A DNA stretch of 64,000 nucleotides from Armatimonadota bacterium (GTDB taxonomy: Bacteria; Armatimonadota; SYMT01). Below, piece after piece: positions 30,746 through 40,878 of this stretch. Position 1 is the first letter of the stretch. Each line of letters opens with the position of its first letter. Location of the stretch: contig JAWLHY010000012.1 in the NCBI GenBank assembly GCA_041690135.1, forward strand, positions 1 to 64,000, written 5' to 3'. The position numbers and the translations under genes are program-made. Below the pieces are notes generated by a model, which worked only from the letters and a program-made list of their open reading frames with translations, made no database searches and was not told the origin of the DNA.

Positions 30746-31717
30746 ATGTCGGATGTATGCCTTCCCGACGAGGTACGGATCGGTTGTGTTTCGTTCCGAG
30801 GATTACGCGAGCTCCCGCTTTCCACTGTTTACGTTTGCATCGAAGATAACGAAATATCGATAACCTTCTGGAGTGCCCTGCCCGAGCCCTGGAAGGGCAA
30901 CTCCCTCGTTCACCTCGGTATATTCCGATTGCCGATGGCGGCGGCGAAATTCCAGAGTGAGGTCGAAAGGTACCGCGAAGCACGGGCAAAGCGAAAGGTG
31001 CGCTTACCGGACGGCCCCCCTTTTGAGCCGAATACCCTGGCGATTCCGGATCTCCCCGCTGCCTGGGAACATGAGGGTTTCGCGTCTACATCACGCGATC
31101 TAGTTCACATTTACTGGGCTCCCGGATGCGCCGTCCTGGTACGTTCGTTTTCCCCCTCGGGAACCATGCTGAATCATCCGTTGCTCAAACCCCTCAACGA
31201 CCATCTTCGTCTCCACGCGGAGCAGTGGATCGAGGAGTTCCCGGAAGCTCAACCCCTCTCCAGACCGGTTGCGATTCTAGAGTCTGAACTCGCACCAGAA
31301 GTTGCCGGGGAAATCAACGAGGCGATAACTCGCGCCTGCCAATCGCTGGGGCTGGCGGGGCAGCATGAAGCTATGGTGATTATCGAAAGGGTATCGACGG
31401 CGATTGATGAGATCCGCGCGCGCAAGCGCGTAGCCGCGGCGGAGAAGAAGCAGCTTGCCATCCAACTGGGATGCTTGTGGGGGGATACCCTGCGGAGAGA
31501 GAACCAGTGGGAGTGGTGCGTCGTTCACCCGGATCCGGGTAGGACCGTGTACGCGGTGTGCCATCCCTCGCGCTCACACGCCGTGGACCCCATCGCTTTT
31601 GTGCACCGGATTCTCTCGTCAAAGCGAAACGCCAACACCAGCGCTCTACTATTCAATATGATCGTGGCTGGCGATCTTCCAGAAGCACCACCCCGGACGT
31701 ATAGCTGGCAGTGGTAA
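30746..31717 (+). CDS. Hypothetical protein, paralog of 5297-6292
   Basis: LGCLWG...WEW...RSHAVDP...LLFNMIVAGD shared with the first copy. Confidence 0.7.
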   Translation: MSDVCLPDEVRIGCVSFRGLRELPLSTVYVCIEDNEISITFWSALPEPWKGNSLVHLGIFRLPMAAAKFQSEVERYREARAKRKVRLPDGPPFEPNTLAIPDLPAAWEHEGFASTSRDLVHIYWAPGCAVLVRSFSPSGTMLNHPLLKPLNDHLRLHAEQWIEEFPEAQPLSRPVAILESELAPEVAGEINEAITRACQSLGLAGQHEAMVIIERVSTAIDEIRARKRVAAAEKKQLAIQLGCLWGDTLRRENQWEWCVVHPDPGRTVYAVCHPSRSHAVDPIAFVHRILSSKRNANTSALLFNMIVAGDLPEAPPRTYSWQW

Positions 31718-31843
31718 GCGAACTGCAACGACCACCCAAGGCCACGCTCTAGCTTGACGAGCGTCCCGCCCACCGCATCGTTCCGCAGCGCCGACAGGAA
31801 CCCGCGCGTATACCGGAGCAGTCCCCACTCTCTGCCTGCAGGG

Positions 31844-31891
31844 GCCGGGGGCTCTCTACGCCCGCTCATCCAGGCGTAGAGAGCCCCCGGC
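31844..31891. repeat. Perfect 19-bp inverted repeat with 10-nt loop
   Basis: gccgggggctctctacgcc / ggcgtagagagcccccggc. Confidence 0.85.
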
Positions 31892-32144
31892 GCATGCAGA
31901 TGACGGAGCACTGATGCTCATCTTCAGTTGCTGGGACAGAGAAACAAAGCTCTGGAGAATCCGTAAGAGGCAGGCAGATCGGGTGCCCCTCAAGTGCGTG
32001 AAGGCTGGATCGATCTAACCCCTCCTTCGCGGGCTCGCGAAGGGATCGATTATTTCAAGGGAGAAGCGTGCCTCGAATGCCCGTTCTGGAAAGTTCGCCG
32101 ATCGCTAGAAGGAAGATCTGAGTTCGGCGTCAGCATGCGATGCT

Positions 32145-32420
32145 ATGCCCCTACGTTGTGAAGCGGATCAAACCTCGCACACGCCCTACCCTCGTTCTGC
32201 TCTCCGGCTCCTGGTGGCGCTAGCATTGCCTGCCCTGTTGCTGGTGGGGGCCACGCTGCTCGCCGTCGAGGCATCCTTTGGCCCGGTGAGCATCGGCAAC
32301 TGCAGCATCAGCGGCCCGCGAACGTGGACGGCCTTTCCCGGAAAGGCTCGCGTCTTACTCGACTGTGGCGGCTACAAGCTCTGGTGGCGCCAGGATTCGC
32401 CGGTGTCCGACGGAACGTAG
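32145..32420 (+). CDS. Small membrane hypothetical protein
   Basis: One TM segment; weak support. Confidence 0.35.
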   Translation: MPLRCEADQTSHTPYPRSALRLLVALALPALLLVGATLLAVEASFGPVSIGNCSISGPRTWTAFPGKARVLLDCGGYKLWWRQDSPVSDGT

Positions 32421-32518
32421 CCTCTGTCAGAGCTATCACAGCAATGGATACTGGCAGTGGTGAACTTGATTTTCCCTACGCCGCTGGTCACGCATGGGTA
32501 CGCGAGGGAGTCTGAACG

Positions 32519-32935
32519 GTGAAACGGCGGAAGACGGGTTATGTGATCTGTCGCAAGCACCTTCGCAACGTCATGCGCCTTGCCATCAAGAAAGCCAAGG
32601 GGCGAGGTCGGGAGATCTGCGGCGTCATCGTATCCAACGGCCACTTCTTACACCTGGTGCGCACGCGCAACCGGGCGAAGGGGCCCGGCAGCTTCCAATT
32701 ACCGGCGGGAGAGGTACGAAAGATCCAGCGCACCGCGCGGAAGCTCAATCTCCGGGTTTTGGGCACCTTTCATTCGCATCCCGTTAGCGAGGCGGAGCCC
32801 GGGGTAAGCGACATCGCTGGAGCAGATGACGGTGCTTTGATGTTGATCCTCAGCTGCTGGGACAAAGAAGCGAAACTCTGGAAGATACGCAAGAGGAAGG
32901 CGGCTGAGGTGCCACTCGAATGCGTTGAGAGATAG
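32519..32935 (+). CDS. JAB/Mov34 (M67) metalloprotease domain protein
   Basis: EICG...GTFHSHP.S.AEPG.SD JAMM motif. Confidence 0.88.
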   Translation: MKRRKTGYVICRKHLRNVMRLAIKKAKGRGREICGVIVSNGHFLHLVRTRNRAKGPGSFQLPAGEVRKIQRTARKLNLRVLGTFHSHPVSEAEPGVSDIAGADDGALMLILSCWDKEAKLWKIRKRKAAEVPLECVER

Positions 32936-33086
32936 GCGACACACCTCCGCCCCAGGGTTGGCCGCAGGGCGAGATCGGGCGAACTGAACCGGCACTGCGT
33001 TCAGCCGGAGCAAACCGGATATGCGGGCCGGCGTCAGAATCCGTATACATGAGGTATTCGTGCTGTTTCCGCCACCAGGAGTTGCC

Positions 33087-36086
33087 ATGCCCGCCTTCCG
33101 TCCTACCTCCACCCCTACGGTTAATGAGGAGCGGCGTCGTCCGCAGGGCTCTTGTGTCCGGGCCAAGGCATCTCCCGCGTGGGACGCCTTCACCAGCGAG
33201 GTGACTTCCAGTCCCTCGCGGGCCGCCCTCGCATCAGAGACTGTCCACACCCCACGAGGAAACTGCCCTTCGCTCGCGCGGCGGCTGCGCCGGAGCGGGA
33301 CGCTCGTGATTGCGACGGCCATGCTCTGCCTCGTGGGGGGCGCGGCTCGGGCCGAGGTCAAGGCGGGGCAGGCGGCGCTCCAGAAGGGTCAGTGGGAAGA
33401 GGCGGAAAAGGAGTTCAAGGCGAGCCTGGAGTTGGAGAAAGGCCCGGCTTACCTCGGGCTGGCGGAGGTGTACCAGGTAACGGGCCGTTATCCGGAGGCG
33501 GTCCAGGCCACGACGGAGGCCTCGCTGGTGCCGGCGACCAAGGCCCGGGCGCTCTGCCTGGCGGGCGAGGTGTTCCGCGAAACCGGCAAGACCGACGAGG
33601 CGCTCAAGATGTTCCGCGCCGCGATGGGGGCGGAGGCAGGCTCCACGCCGACCTCGCTGCGGGCGCGCCTCTACCTGGGGATCACCCTCCACGAAACGGG
33701 GCAAGCCGCCGAGGCGCAGAAGACGTTCACCCAGTTCATCCAGGACTTCAACAACCGGAAGATCGATGCCAACCGGGCGGACCACCTCACCTACACCGCC
33801 GTGGCCGCGAAGTACCTCCAGGCGTGGCAGGACGCGAACGACACCTTCCAGGACGCCCTGGATAAAGACCCCGAGTTTCAGCTCGCCAACCTGGAGTGGG
33901 GCGAGCTGTTCCTGGCCAAGTACAACGCCCAGGAGGCGGCGAAGTGCTTCCAGGAGGTGTTGAAGCAGAACCGGAAGCTGCCCCGTGCCCTGGTCAATAT
34001 GGCACGACTGCAAGTGGAGACCAGCTACAACACAGTCGCCGCCACCCGGCTCGCGGACGAGGCCCTCAAGGTCAACCCGAAGTACGTTCCCGCGCTCAAC
34101 GTGAAAGCCCGACTGGCGCTGGACGATGAGGAGTTCGCCACGGCGGAAACTCTGCTCAAGCAAGCGCTTGAGGTGAACCCGGTCGATCTGGAAGCCCTGG
34201 CGCTCCAGGGGGCGAGCCGGTACCTCCAGGACGACGCGGCCGGTTACGAAGCCGCGCGCAAGAAAGCCCTGGCGCAGAACCCGCGCTACGGCGACTTCTA
34301 CTTCCTCGTGGGCGAGCTGGCCATCCGGCATCATCGCTACACCGAGGGGGTCCAGCTCAACCGGCAGGCGGTGGCCCTCGACCCGAAGAACACGAATGCC
34401 CTGGCGGCCCTGGGCGCCAACCTCCTGCGCCTGGGCCTGGCCCACGAGCCGGAGGGGCTCAAATATGTGAACCAGGCGTTCAAGCTGGACGGGTTCAACG
34501 TGCGGACTTTCAACACGCTGAACCTGTATGAGAACGTCATCACGAAGGAGTACGAGACGGTTCCCGGACCGGTCTTCATCCTCCGACTGAACAAGAAGGA
34601 GCGCCCCCTCCTCGCCCGTTACGTGCCGCGCCTCATGGGCGAGGCGTGGGACAACTTCGTCAAGAAGTATGGCTTCACGCCCAAGCACCCGATCACGGTG
34701 GAGTTGTTCACGGAGCGGCAGCATTACGGAGCGCGGACCATCGGCCTGCCGGAGTTCGGCGCCCAGGGAACCTGCTTCGGCGAGTTGATCACCGCCATGT
34801 CGCCGGCCTCGGCCGAAGCGGACTGGGAGCAGGTGCTCTGGCACGAGCTGGCCCACGTCTTCCATCTGCAGCTCTCCCGAAACCGGGTTCCGCGGTGGTT
34901 CACGGAAGGGCTGGCGGAGTACGAGACGAACATCACCCGCCCCTACTGGAAACGGGAGCACGGCCGCGAGATCTATCTTTCACTCCGGCGGGGCGACCTC
35001 TGGAAGATCAGCGAGCTTTCCTCCGCGTTCACCCGCCCCAACCGTCCGAACGGGGTGGTCATCGCCTATCAGCAGTCCTCCCTCGTGGTTCACTACCTGG
35101 CCGAGACCTACGGCTTCCCCAAGCTGGTGGAGGCGCTGAAGCTCTACGGGAAAGGCCAGCACGATGCCGAGGTATTGCCGGCGATCACCGGCAAGCCAGT
35201 GGAGAAGCTGGACGAGGAGTTCCGTGGCTACCTCCGCAAGCGGTTCGACTATTACGAGGAGGGCTTCTTCTTCGACGCAGAAGCCTACGCGGACGGCGCC
35301 AAACTGAAGGCCGAGGCAGAAGCGAAGCCGAAGGATGCGGGCGCCCAGGCCGCCTATGCCGCGGCGCTCCTGGCCCGGCAACCGATGGAAGCCGCCGCGG
35401 CGGCACGGAAAGCACTGGAAATCGAACCCACCGAACCGCTGGCCCGGTACATACTGGCCGAGGCCCTCCTCCGCAATAAGGAGATGGAGGCGGCAGCCCT
35501 GGAGTTCGAGAAGCTGCTCACCGAGGGGGTGGACGGCTATCCGATCCGCTTCGCCCTCGGCCGGCTGGCGGCGATGGCGGGCAGCGTCGAGGCTGCTACC
35601 ATGCACCTGAATGCCGCTAAGAAGTGGGATCCGGACCGCGGCGAGCCGTACGCCATCCTGATGGGGCTCTACGAGGCCAAGGAACTCCGGGACGAGCTCC
35701 TCAAGGAGGCCGAAGCTTACCTCCAGGTTCAGGAGCACGACCACGACTCTGCGCGCCTGCTGATCGACCGCTTCTCCATCGACGGACGCTGGGAAGACAT
35801 CGTCCGGGTAGCGCCGCGAGTGCTGGGAATCACTCCCATGGAGCCTTATGTCCACCACCAGTACGGCCTGGCCCTGGCCAAACTGAAGCGGCCGAAGGAC
35901 GCAGTCTTCGAACTGGAGTCGGCGCTGATCGGAGGCGTGCGTAAACCCTCGGCCCTCCGCGGGGTACTGGCGAAACAATACCTGGCTCTTGGAGACAAGA
36001 CCAAAGCCAAAGCCGTGGCGCAGCAAACCCTGAAAGAGGATCCCAAGAACGTGGATGCCGCACAGGTACTCAAGCAGATCCCCTGA
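33087..36086 (+). CDS. TPR-repeat protein with central peptidase MA-like zincin domain
   Basis: Many TPRs; HELAH...VPRWFTEGLAEYE; start uncertain. Confidence 0.88.
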   Translation: MPAFRPTSTPTVNEERRRPQGSCVRAKASPAWDAFTSEVTSSPSRAALASETVHTPRGNCPSLARRLRRSGTLVIATAMLCLVGGAARAEVKAGQAALQKGQWEEAEKEFKASLELEKGPAYLGLAEVYQVTGRYPEAVQATTEASLVPATKARALCLAGEVFRETGKTDEALKMFRAAMGAEAGSTPTSLRARLYLGITLHETGQAAEAQKTFTQFIQDFNNRKIDANRADHLTYTAVAAKYLQAWQDANDTFQDALDKDPEFQLANLEWGELFLAKYNAQEAAKCFQEVLKQNRKLPRALVNMARLQVETSYNTVAATRLADEALKVNPKYVPALNVKARLALDDEEFATAETLLKQALEVNPVDLEALALQGASRYLQDDAAGYEAARKKALAQNPRYGDFYFLVGELAIRHHRYTEGVQLNRQAVALDPKNTNALAALGANLLRLGLAHEPEGLKYVNQAFKLDGFNVRTFNTLNLYENVITKEYETVPGPVFILRLNKKERPLLARYVPRLMGEAWDNFVKKYGFTPKHPITVELFTERQHYGARTIGLPEFGAQGTCFGELITAMSPASAEADWEQVLWHELAHVFHLQLSRNRVPRWFTEGLAEYETNITRPYWKREHGREIYLSLRRGDLWKISELSSAFTRPNRPNGVVIAYQQSSLVVHYLAETYGFPKLVEALKLYGKGQHDAEVLPAITGKPVEKLDEEFRGYLRKRFDYYEEGFFFDAEAYADGAKLKAEAEAKPKDAGAQAAYAAALLARQPMEAAAAARKALEIEPTEPLARYILAEALLRNKEMEAAALEFEKLLTEGVDGYPIRFALGRLAAMAGSVEAATMHLNAAKKWDPDRGEPYAILMGLYEAKELRDELLKEAEAYLQVQEHDHDSARLLIDRFSIDGRWEDIVRVAPRVLGITPMEPYVHHQYGLALAKLKRPKDAVFELESALIGGVRKPSALRGVLAKQYLALGDKTKAKAVAQQTLKEDPKNVDAAQVLKQIP

Positions 36087-36601
36087 TGGATGTGGAAAAA
36101 GATGAAGAGGGATAACCTCTTACTGCTGGAGTGTTGTAAGGCTCCAGTAGCCCTCCAATTGAGAGCGTCTGATTTGCACTTGAAAACCCGTCTACACCCA
36201 GTTCGAGGGCATCAAAGGCTGACCGGTCGCGAGGCTCTTACATCGTTTTCGCCTCGCCTTCCGTCTCCACTTCAAAACCGTACCCGCGCAATCACCGAAG
36301 GTTCCGTGGGAGACACCCCTCACATCTGCCCAGAACCGACAGATGGATCTCTTAAGCGACACCTGAGTCTTGGACACTCATGTGTTACACCACCCCTAAC
36401 AACCAGGTCCCTACAAGGCATACCAGGTCTGACACCCGCCAGGAAGTACGAGGTCAGACAACGGCGAGTACCCCACCAGCATCCCTTCATTACCTCTTAC
36501 ATAATCCCCACCTGGGGATTATGTAAGATCGTAATCCGCGAAACTCTAAGCGGCAAAGGCGCGTCTCAATGCTGAAGTGAGTACTTCCGGAGGATAAACC
36601 G

Positions 36602-37456
36602 ATGCGCAGCGCCTCGCTGGTTCTCGCGCTGATGTTGTGGGCCGTGCCTGTTTTGCTGCTCCCTTCTGGATCGCGTGCGGCGGATATTTCGCCACGCGTC
36701 AGTTTGGAACTCAAAGCGGTACCCCTGCGCGAAGCTCTCAAGCGACTGTTCGAGCACTCAGGCTGGCAATTCGCCGTGGATTCGCCAATACCCGATGTTC
36801 CGGCGACACTCTCCGTTGCGGATCTCCGGCTCGAACCGGCCCTGCGTTTGCTTCTGCGCGGCGCTGCAGTGCACGCACCAGGTCTTACCTATGAGCGTAC
36901 CGGCAACCATTTCCAGATTGTCCAGCGCACCGCAATCCGCAAGCCAATCGTTTCCCGTAACGAGGAGCCTGGCGCTAATGAGCGTGTCTCGCTTGACCTG
37001 GACGGAGTGAATTTACGAGAAGCGCTCCGCCGGTTGGTAGTCGGGTCTCTGGTGCGGGTCCACGTACACGAAACGGTTCCGGACGTACCCGTGAAGCTCC
37101 GTTTCAAGGAAGCCCGGCTGCCGGAAGCAGGACGTGCAATCATCCGAAATGCGGAGAAACTGGTGCCGGGTCTCGCCATCCGACCTATAGCCGACGGTTA
37201 CCAGGTGTGGATCGATGACGACAAGCCGGGTCTTGCGGGGCTGCCCGGAATGGTGAGATTTCCGGGGACCGACGAAGTGGTGGCCAAGATTCGCGTCCGC
37301 AACCTGGAGGTGACCCGTGAGAGCTGGCTGGTGCTTCTCTTGCAAGCCGCACTGCGGGAACGGATGCTTCTACGAAGCGACCGGATGAGTGCCCAGAGTC
37401 CCTACGAGTTCACGCCCGGCCCCGCCCCGCTCCCAGCTTCACCAGGCGATCGATAG
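36602..37456 (+). CDS. Secreted protein with two STN/secretin-N-like repeats
   Basis: VSLELKAVPLREALKRLF...VPDVPV repeated twice; signal peptide. Confidence 0.7.
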   Translation: MRSASLVLALMLWAVPVLLLPSGSRAADISPRVSLELKAVPLREALKRLFEHSGWQFAVDSPIPDVPATLSVADLRLEPALRLLLRGAAVHAPGLTYERTGNHFQIVQRTAIRKPIVSRNEEPGANERVSLDLDGVNLREALRRLVVGSLVRVHVHETVPDVPVKLRFKEARLPEAGRAIIRNAEKLVPGLAIRPIADGYQVWIDDDKPGLAGLPGMVRFPGTDEVVAKIRVRNLEVTRESWLVLLLQAALRERMLLRSDRMSAQSPYEFTPGPAPLPASPGDR

Positions 37457-37708
37457 GGGGATTTCACTCGTTAATGTGATCGTCCCGCGAAAAACTGGAG
37501 GATGTAAGGGCTCCGCCGCGTATCTAATAGTAGGGGCAAGGTTGGCCCCTCATTCTTCCGCGGGGTTGTGGGCAGGAGTTCCCGCCCACGGGGTGGGCCC
37601 GTACGGCCCCAACTGACCGGTCGAACGCTCCCTTTCGGCGTCCTCAATCCTCTGCACTTCTGGGCGTTCGCGTCGGTAGCTCTCGCGTTGCTGTACTCGA
37701 GGAAACTC

Positions 37709-38977
37709 ATGAGCAAAGTTTGGTTCGCATCGTCTGCCCTTCTGGGCACCGTCCTGATGTCCATGGCGTCGAGCCCCGTCCATGCACAGGCCGGTAATGT
37801 CGCGTTCGGTAATCAACGACCGACGCGCGGCCAGATCCAGGGCCTTCACGTCCCGGGCGCCATGGGTATTCCCCAGCCGGAACCCGCCATCACGCTCTCG
37901 GTGAAAAACCGCAGTCTCGGCCGGGTGCTGGCGGATATGTTCAAGCAAACCCGCTACCAGTACCGTATCCTGGGTCAGATCGGCAACCAGTTGTACTCTC
38001 TGGAATGCACCCGCATGCCGCTTTCCCGGGCATTGACAACCGTGCTGGCGCAGGACAAGAGTCCGGAGCCACTGGTGTGGTCGTTTAACCGCACGCTCAC
38101 AGGCGGCGGTGAGTTCGTGGTCGATCGAGAGTTTATCGACATCAACCGAATGGAAGGGGAGAACCGGGTCAGCGTGGCCAACGGCCGGATCACCAAGGTA
38201 CTTCCGAAGATCTTCGATCAGATGAAGGTTCCTTACCGGATCGAACCCGATGTGCCGCCCGTTCTTGTCAGCGTGCAGCTTCGCCCCAGCGATTGGTCGC
38301 AGGCACTCCCCCAGGTCGTGCTCGAAGCCAACAAGGAGGAGCCGAACCTTACTTACAGCCTGGACGGCGACACCTACGTGGTACACATCCACAAGACTCC
38401 CGCTCTTCCGCCAGGGCTGAACCAGGTACAGGCCGCCGCGCTGAAGAAGGTCAAAGTCAGCGCCGGCAACGTCCCTTTCAAGGAGGTCCTGGGTCAGATC
38501 TTCAAGGACTCCCGCTGGAAGTACCAGGTCTCGGACGCCGTGAAAGATTTCAACATCAGCTACACCACCGCTGGTGAAACGGAGATCGGAGCGCTCCAGG
38601 CCGTGCTGAAAGAGTCCGCTGAGCGGGGCTACCAGATCACCTACCGCGAGGGCAAGGGCGTGTTGTTTATCGAGCCCGGACCGCTGCCGGGAGAAGCCAA
38701 GGTAACCGCGAAGGGTGGCATCAGCGCGGAACCCACCACCTCGCTGGTACTTACGGACCGCCTCTCCAAGCTGGTCCCGATTCTCGCCGGAGCCCTGATG
38801 GCGGACGTCAAGATCGCCAAGGGCGTTCCGGATCTGCCGGTGATGTTGAAGATCCAGGACGCCTCTATTGAACAGGCGCTCGAGACCCTGATCGCGTCGG
38901 CGCGCGAAAGCATCCCGACTATAACGGTGCGCCGCCAGGGCGAGACCTATCACATCGAACTGGCGGGCATGAACTGA
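37709..38977 (+). CDS. Secreted protein with four STN/secretin-N-like repeats
   Basis: Repeated V....L..VL..IF....Y.I...V units; signal peptide. Confidence 0.7.
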   Translation: MSKVWFASSALLGTVLMSMASSPVHAQAGNVAFGNQRPTRGQIQGLHVPGAMGIPQPEPAITLSVKNRSLGRVLADMFKQTRYQYRILGQIGNQLYSLECTRMPLSRALTTVLAQDKSPEPLVWSFNRTLTGGGEFVVDREFIDINRMEGENRVSVANGRITKVLPKIFDQMKVPYRIEPDVPPVLVSVQLRPSDWSQALPQVVLEANKEEPNLTYSLDGDTYVVHIHKTPALPPGLNQVQAAALKKVKVSAGNVPFKEVLGQIFKDSRWKYQVSDAVKDFNISYTTAGETEIGALQAVLKESAERGYQITYREGKGVLFIEPGPLPGEAKVTAKGGISAEPTTSLVLTDRLSKLVPILAGALMADVKIAKGVPDLPVMLKIQDASIEQALETLIASARESIPTITVRRQGETYHIELAGMN

Positions 38978-39074
38978 CCGCCCGTGTTGTCTGCAAGCTC
39001 TTGATACTGGGGAGGGGATCCGTCCGGACCCACTCCCCTGACTGTTTTGTGAGGGGTTGTGAGGGGTCGCTCCC

Positions 39075-39872
39075 TTACAACTCCACCCCCATCAACTCCA
39101 ACAGGCGATGCAAGTCGTCATCGCTGTAAAACTCCAACGCGAGCGTGCCGCGCCCCTTCTTGTAGACGACGTTGACCTTCGTCCCGTAGTGGGCGCGCAG
39201 CCGCTCTTCCAGGGCGGCAACATGGATGTCGGTGGGAGGCCGCTCCTTCTCGTTTACGGGCTGACGGGGAGTGGGCTGGGACAACGCGCGAACCTTGCTC
39301 TCCACCTCCCGCACGGTCACCGCATTCCGGACCACCCACTCCGCCACTTCCGTCTGGAGGGAGGGGTATGGAAGGGCTAACAACGCCCGGGCATGGCCCT
39401 CCGTCAGGTCGCCCGCGTCCAGCAGGTCCAGTACGGGATCCGGTAACTGTAGAAGGCGGACCGTGTTGGCTACCGCCGTACGGCTCTTACCGGTCCGCTG
39501 TGCGATTTCTCCCTGGCTGTACTGGAACTCTACTGTGAGACGTTGGTAGGCCTTGGCCGCCTCCACCACGCTGATATCCTCACGCTGGAGGTTCTCCACG
39601 AGGGCAGCTTCCAGCGCCTGCTCATCCGAGATTCTCCGGACAATCGCGGGCAACTCCTCCAGTCCGAGCAACCGGGCGGCCCGCAGGCGGCGCTCGCCGG
39701 CGATGACCTGGTACCGTTCCCCGGCAGGGCGCACCACGATGGGCTGGATGACCCCCATCTCTCGAATGGACTGCGCCAGCTCCTGGAGGCGATCCGCATC
39801 AAAACGGACGCGGGGCTGGTAGGGGCTGGGATCGATCAGACGTAGAGGTAGAGGGCAGACTTCTTCAGGCAT
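39075..39872 (-). CDS. parB: ParB/Spo0J chromosome partitioning protein
   Basis: YQPR, GVIQPIVVR, IAGERRLRA, LVENLQREDI, GKSR.AVAN.VRLL, GHARALL. Confidence 0.93.
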   Translation of the reverse strand: MPEEVCPLPLRLIDPSPYQPRVRFDADRLQELAQSIREMGVIQPIVVRPAGERYQVIAGERRLRAARLLGLEELPAIVRRISDEQALEAALVENLQREDISVVEAAKAYQRLTVEFQYSQGEIAQRTGKSRTAVANTVRLLQLPDPVLDLLDAGDLTEGHARALLALPYPSLQTEVAEWVVRNAVTVREVESKVRALSQPTPRQPVNEKERPPTDIHVAALEERLRAHYGTKVNVVYKKGRGTLALEFYSDDDLHRLLELMGVEL

Positions 39873-39924
39873 GGCGGGCTCTCCGTGGGTGCTGGGCCAC
39901 TATACCACGGAGTCGGGTCTACCG

Positions 39925-40878
39925 TTAACCGTTCTGAAAGCGACCCCTGACAGGCTTACCAACCTCTGACATAGGGGCTGTTTCACGTGAAACAGGGCCA
40001 CCGTGAGAGCTTGAACCGCCTCCGCCCAGGGCGCTCCGCACACCACTATCGGCGCCCTGGCCCCGCCAGAGCGAGATCCGCTCGCCCAGGCGCTCGTGGA
40101 GCCGATCGAGAGGCTCGCTGTAGATCTCTTCCAGGAGCTCCCGGTAGTGCTCCGGAAGCGGATTGCCCGGACCTTTTCCCCGGACCTCGTACAGTTCGTA
40201 GGTGGTCCAATCTACCTCTGTGGACACGCCCAGATGCCGAAACACCTTCTCCATCAGCACCTGAGGATGGGATGCCATCTCTTCCTGGAAGCCGAGCATG
40301 ATCTGATCCTCGCGGAAGTACCGGGTCCAGCGGTCGAGGATGGCGGCGTAATCGCCCCGTGTTACGGAAAGAGGCGAGCGGAAATGCTCCAGGAACTCGG
40401 CTTCCGAGACGTTCTCGAAAGGCCGCCGTGGCCGGTGCACCAGTTCCATCAGTGCCTGCGACCAGGCCCGGCTGACCGGGTGGCGGAGTAAGAGGACGAT
40501 GCGAAGATCCGGCATAACCCGCGAGATGAAGCGAACCTTTTCCTCTTCCAAAATGCTGTAAGCCGGGGTGAACTCTCCTTTGAGCCGACCCCGTCCCGCA
40601 GCGAACTGTGCGGCATAGGCTCGCAGACTCCAGTGAAAATTCTGGTCGAAGTAATGGAGCTCTTTCCGGCCCAGGTAGAGCTCGGGATGCGGCCGGCAGT
40701 TGCGGAAGAGCCAGGAAGTGCCGGCCTTCTGCGCTCCAATACAGAGGAAGTCCGGGAGCGTTAGTCGCCGGACGTCCAGAATGCCGCAAGAATAGAGATA
40801 CTTCTCCGGCGCGGTGAGCGACCGCAAGAGGCCGCGGGTCATTCGCCGGTAGGTGGCCCCCGCTGTTTTCAGTTCCAC
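39925..40878 (-). CDS. Sulfotransferase family protein
   Basis: PDFLCIGAQKAGTSWL (5'-PSB), KELHYF, LRHPVSRAWS (3'-PB); GTG start after GAAAGGAG. Confidence 0.9.
   Translation of the reverse strand: MELKTAGATYRRMTRGLLRSLTAPEKYLYSCGILDVRRLTLPDFLCIGAQKAGTSWLFRNCRPHPELYLGRKELHYFDQNFHWSLRAYAAQFAAGRGRLKGEFTPAYSILEEEKVRFISRVMPDLRIVLLLRHPVSRAWSQALMELVHRPRRPFENVSEAEFLEHFRSPLSVTRGDYAAILDRWTRYFREDQIMLGFQEEMASHPQVLMEKVFRHLGVSTEVDWTTYELYEVRGKGPGNPLPEHYRELLEEIYSEPLDRLHERLGERISLWRGQGADSGVRSALGGGGSSSHGGPVSRETAPMSEVGKPVRGRFQNG
39979..39994. promoter_or_regulatory. parS centromere site
   Basis: Perfect TGTTTCACGTGAAACA palindrome about 110 bp upstream of parB. Confidence 0.92.

Noticed and set aside
22085-32935. 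Integron cassette array or prophage
   Set aside because: No integrase, no recurring attC-like RYYYAAC/GTTRRRY palindromes and no phage structural genes seen
36090-36560. oriC candidate
   Set aside because: Only one imperfect DnaA-box-like 9-mer; no cluster and no dnaA nearby
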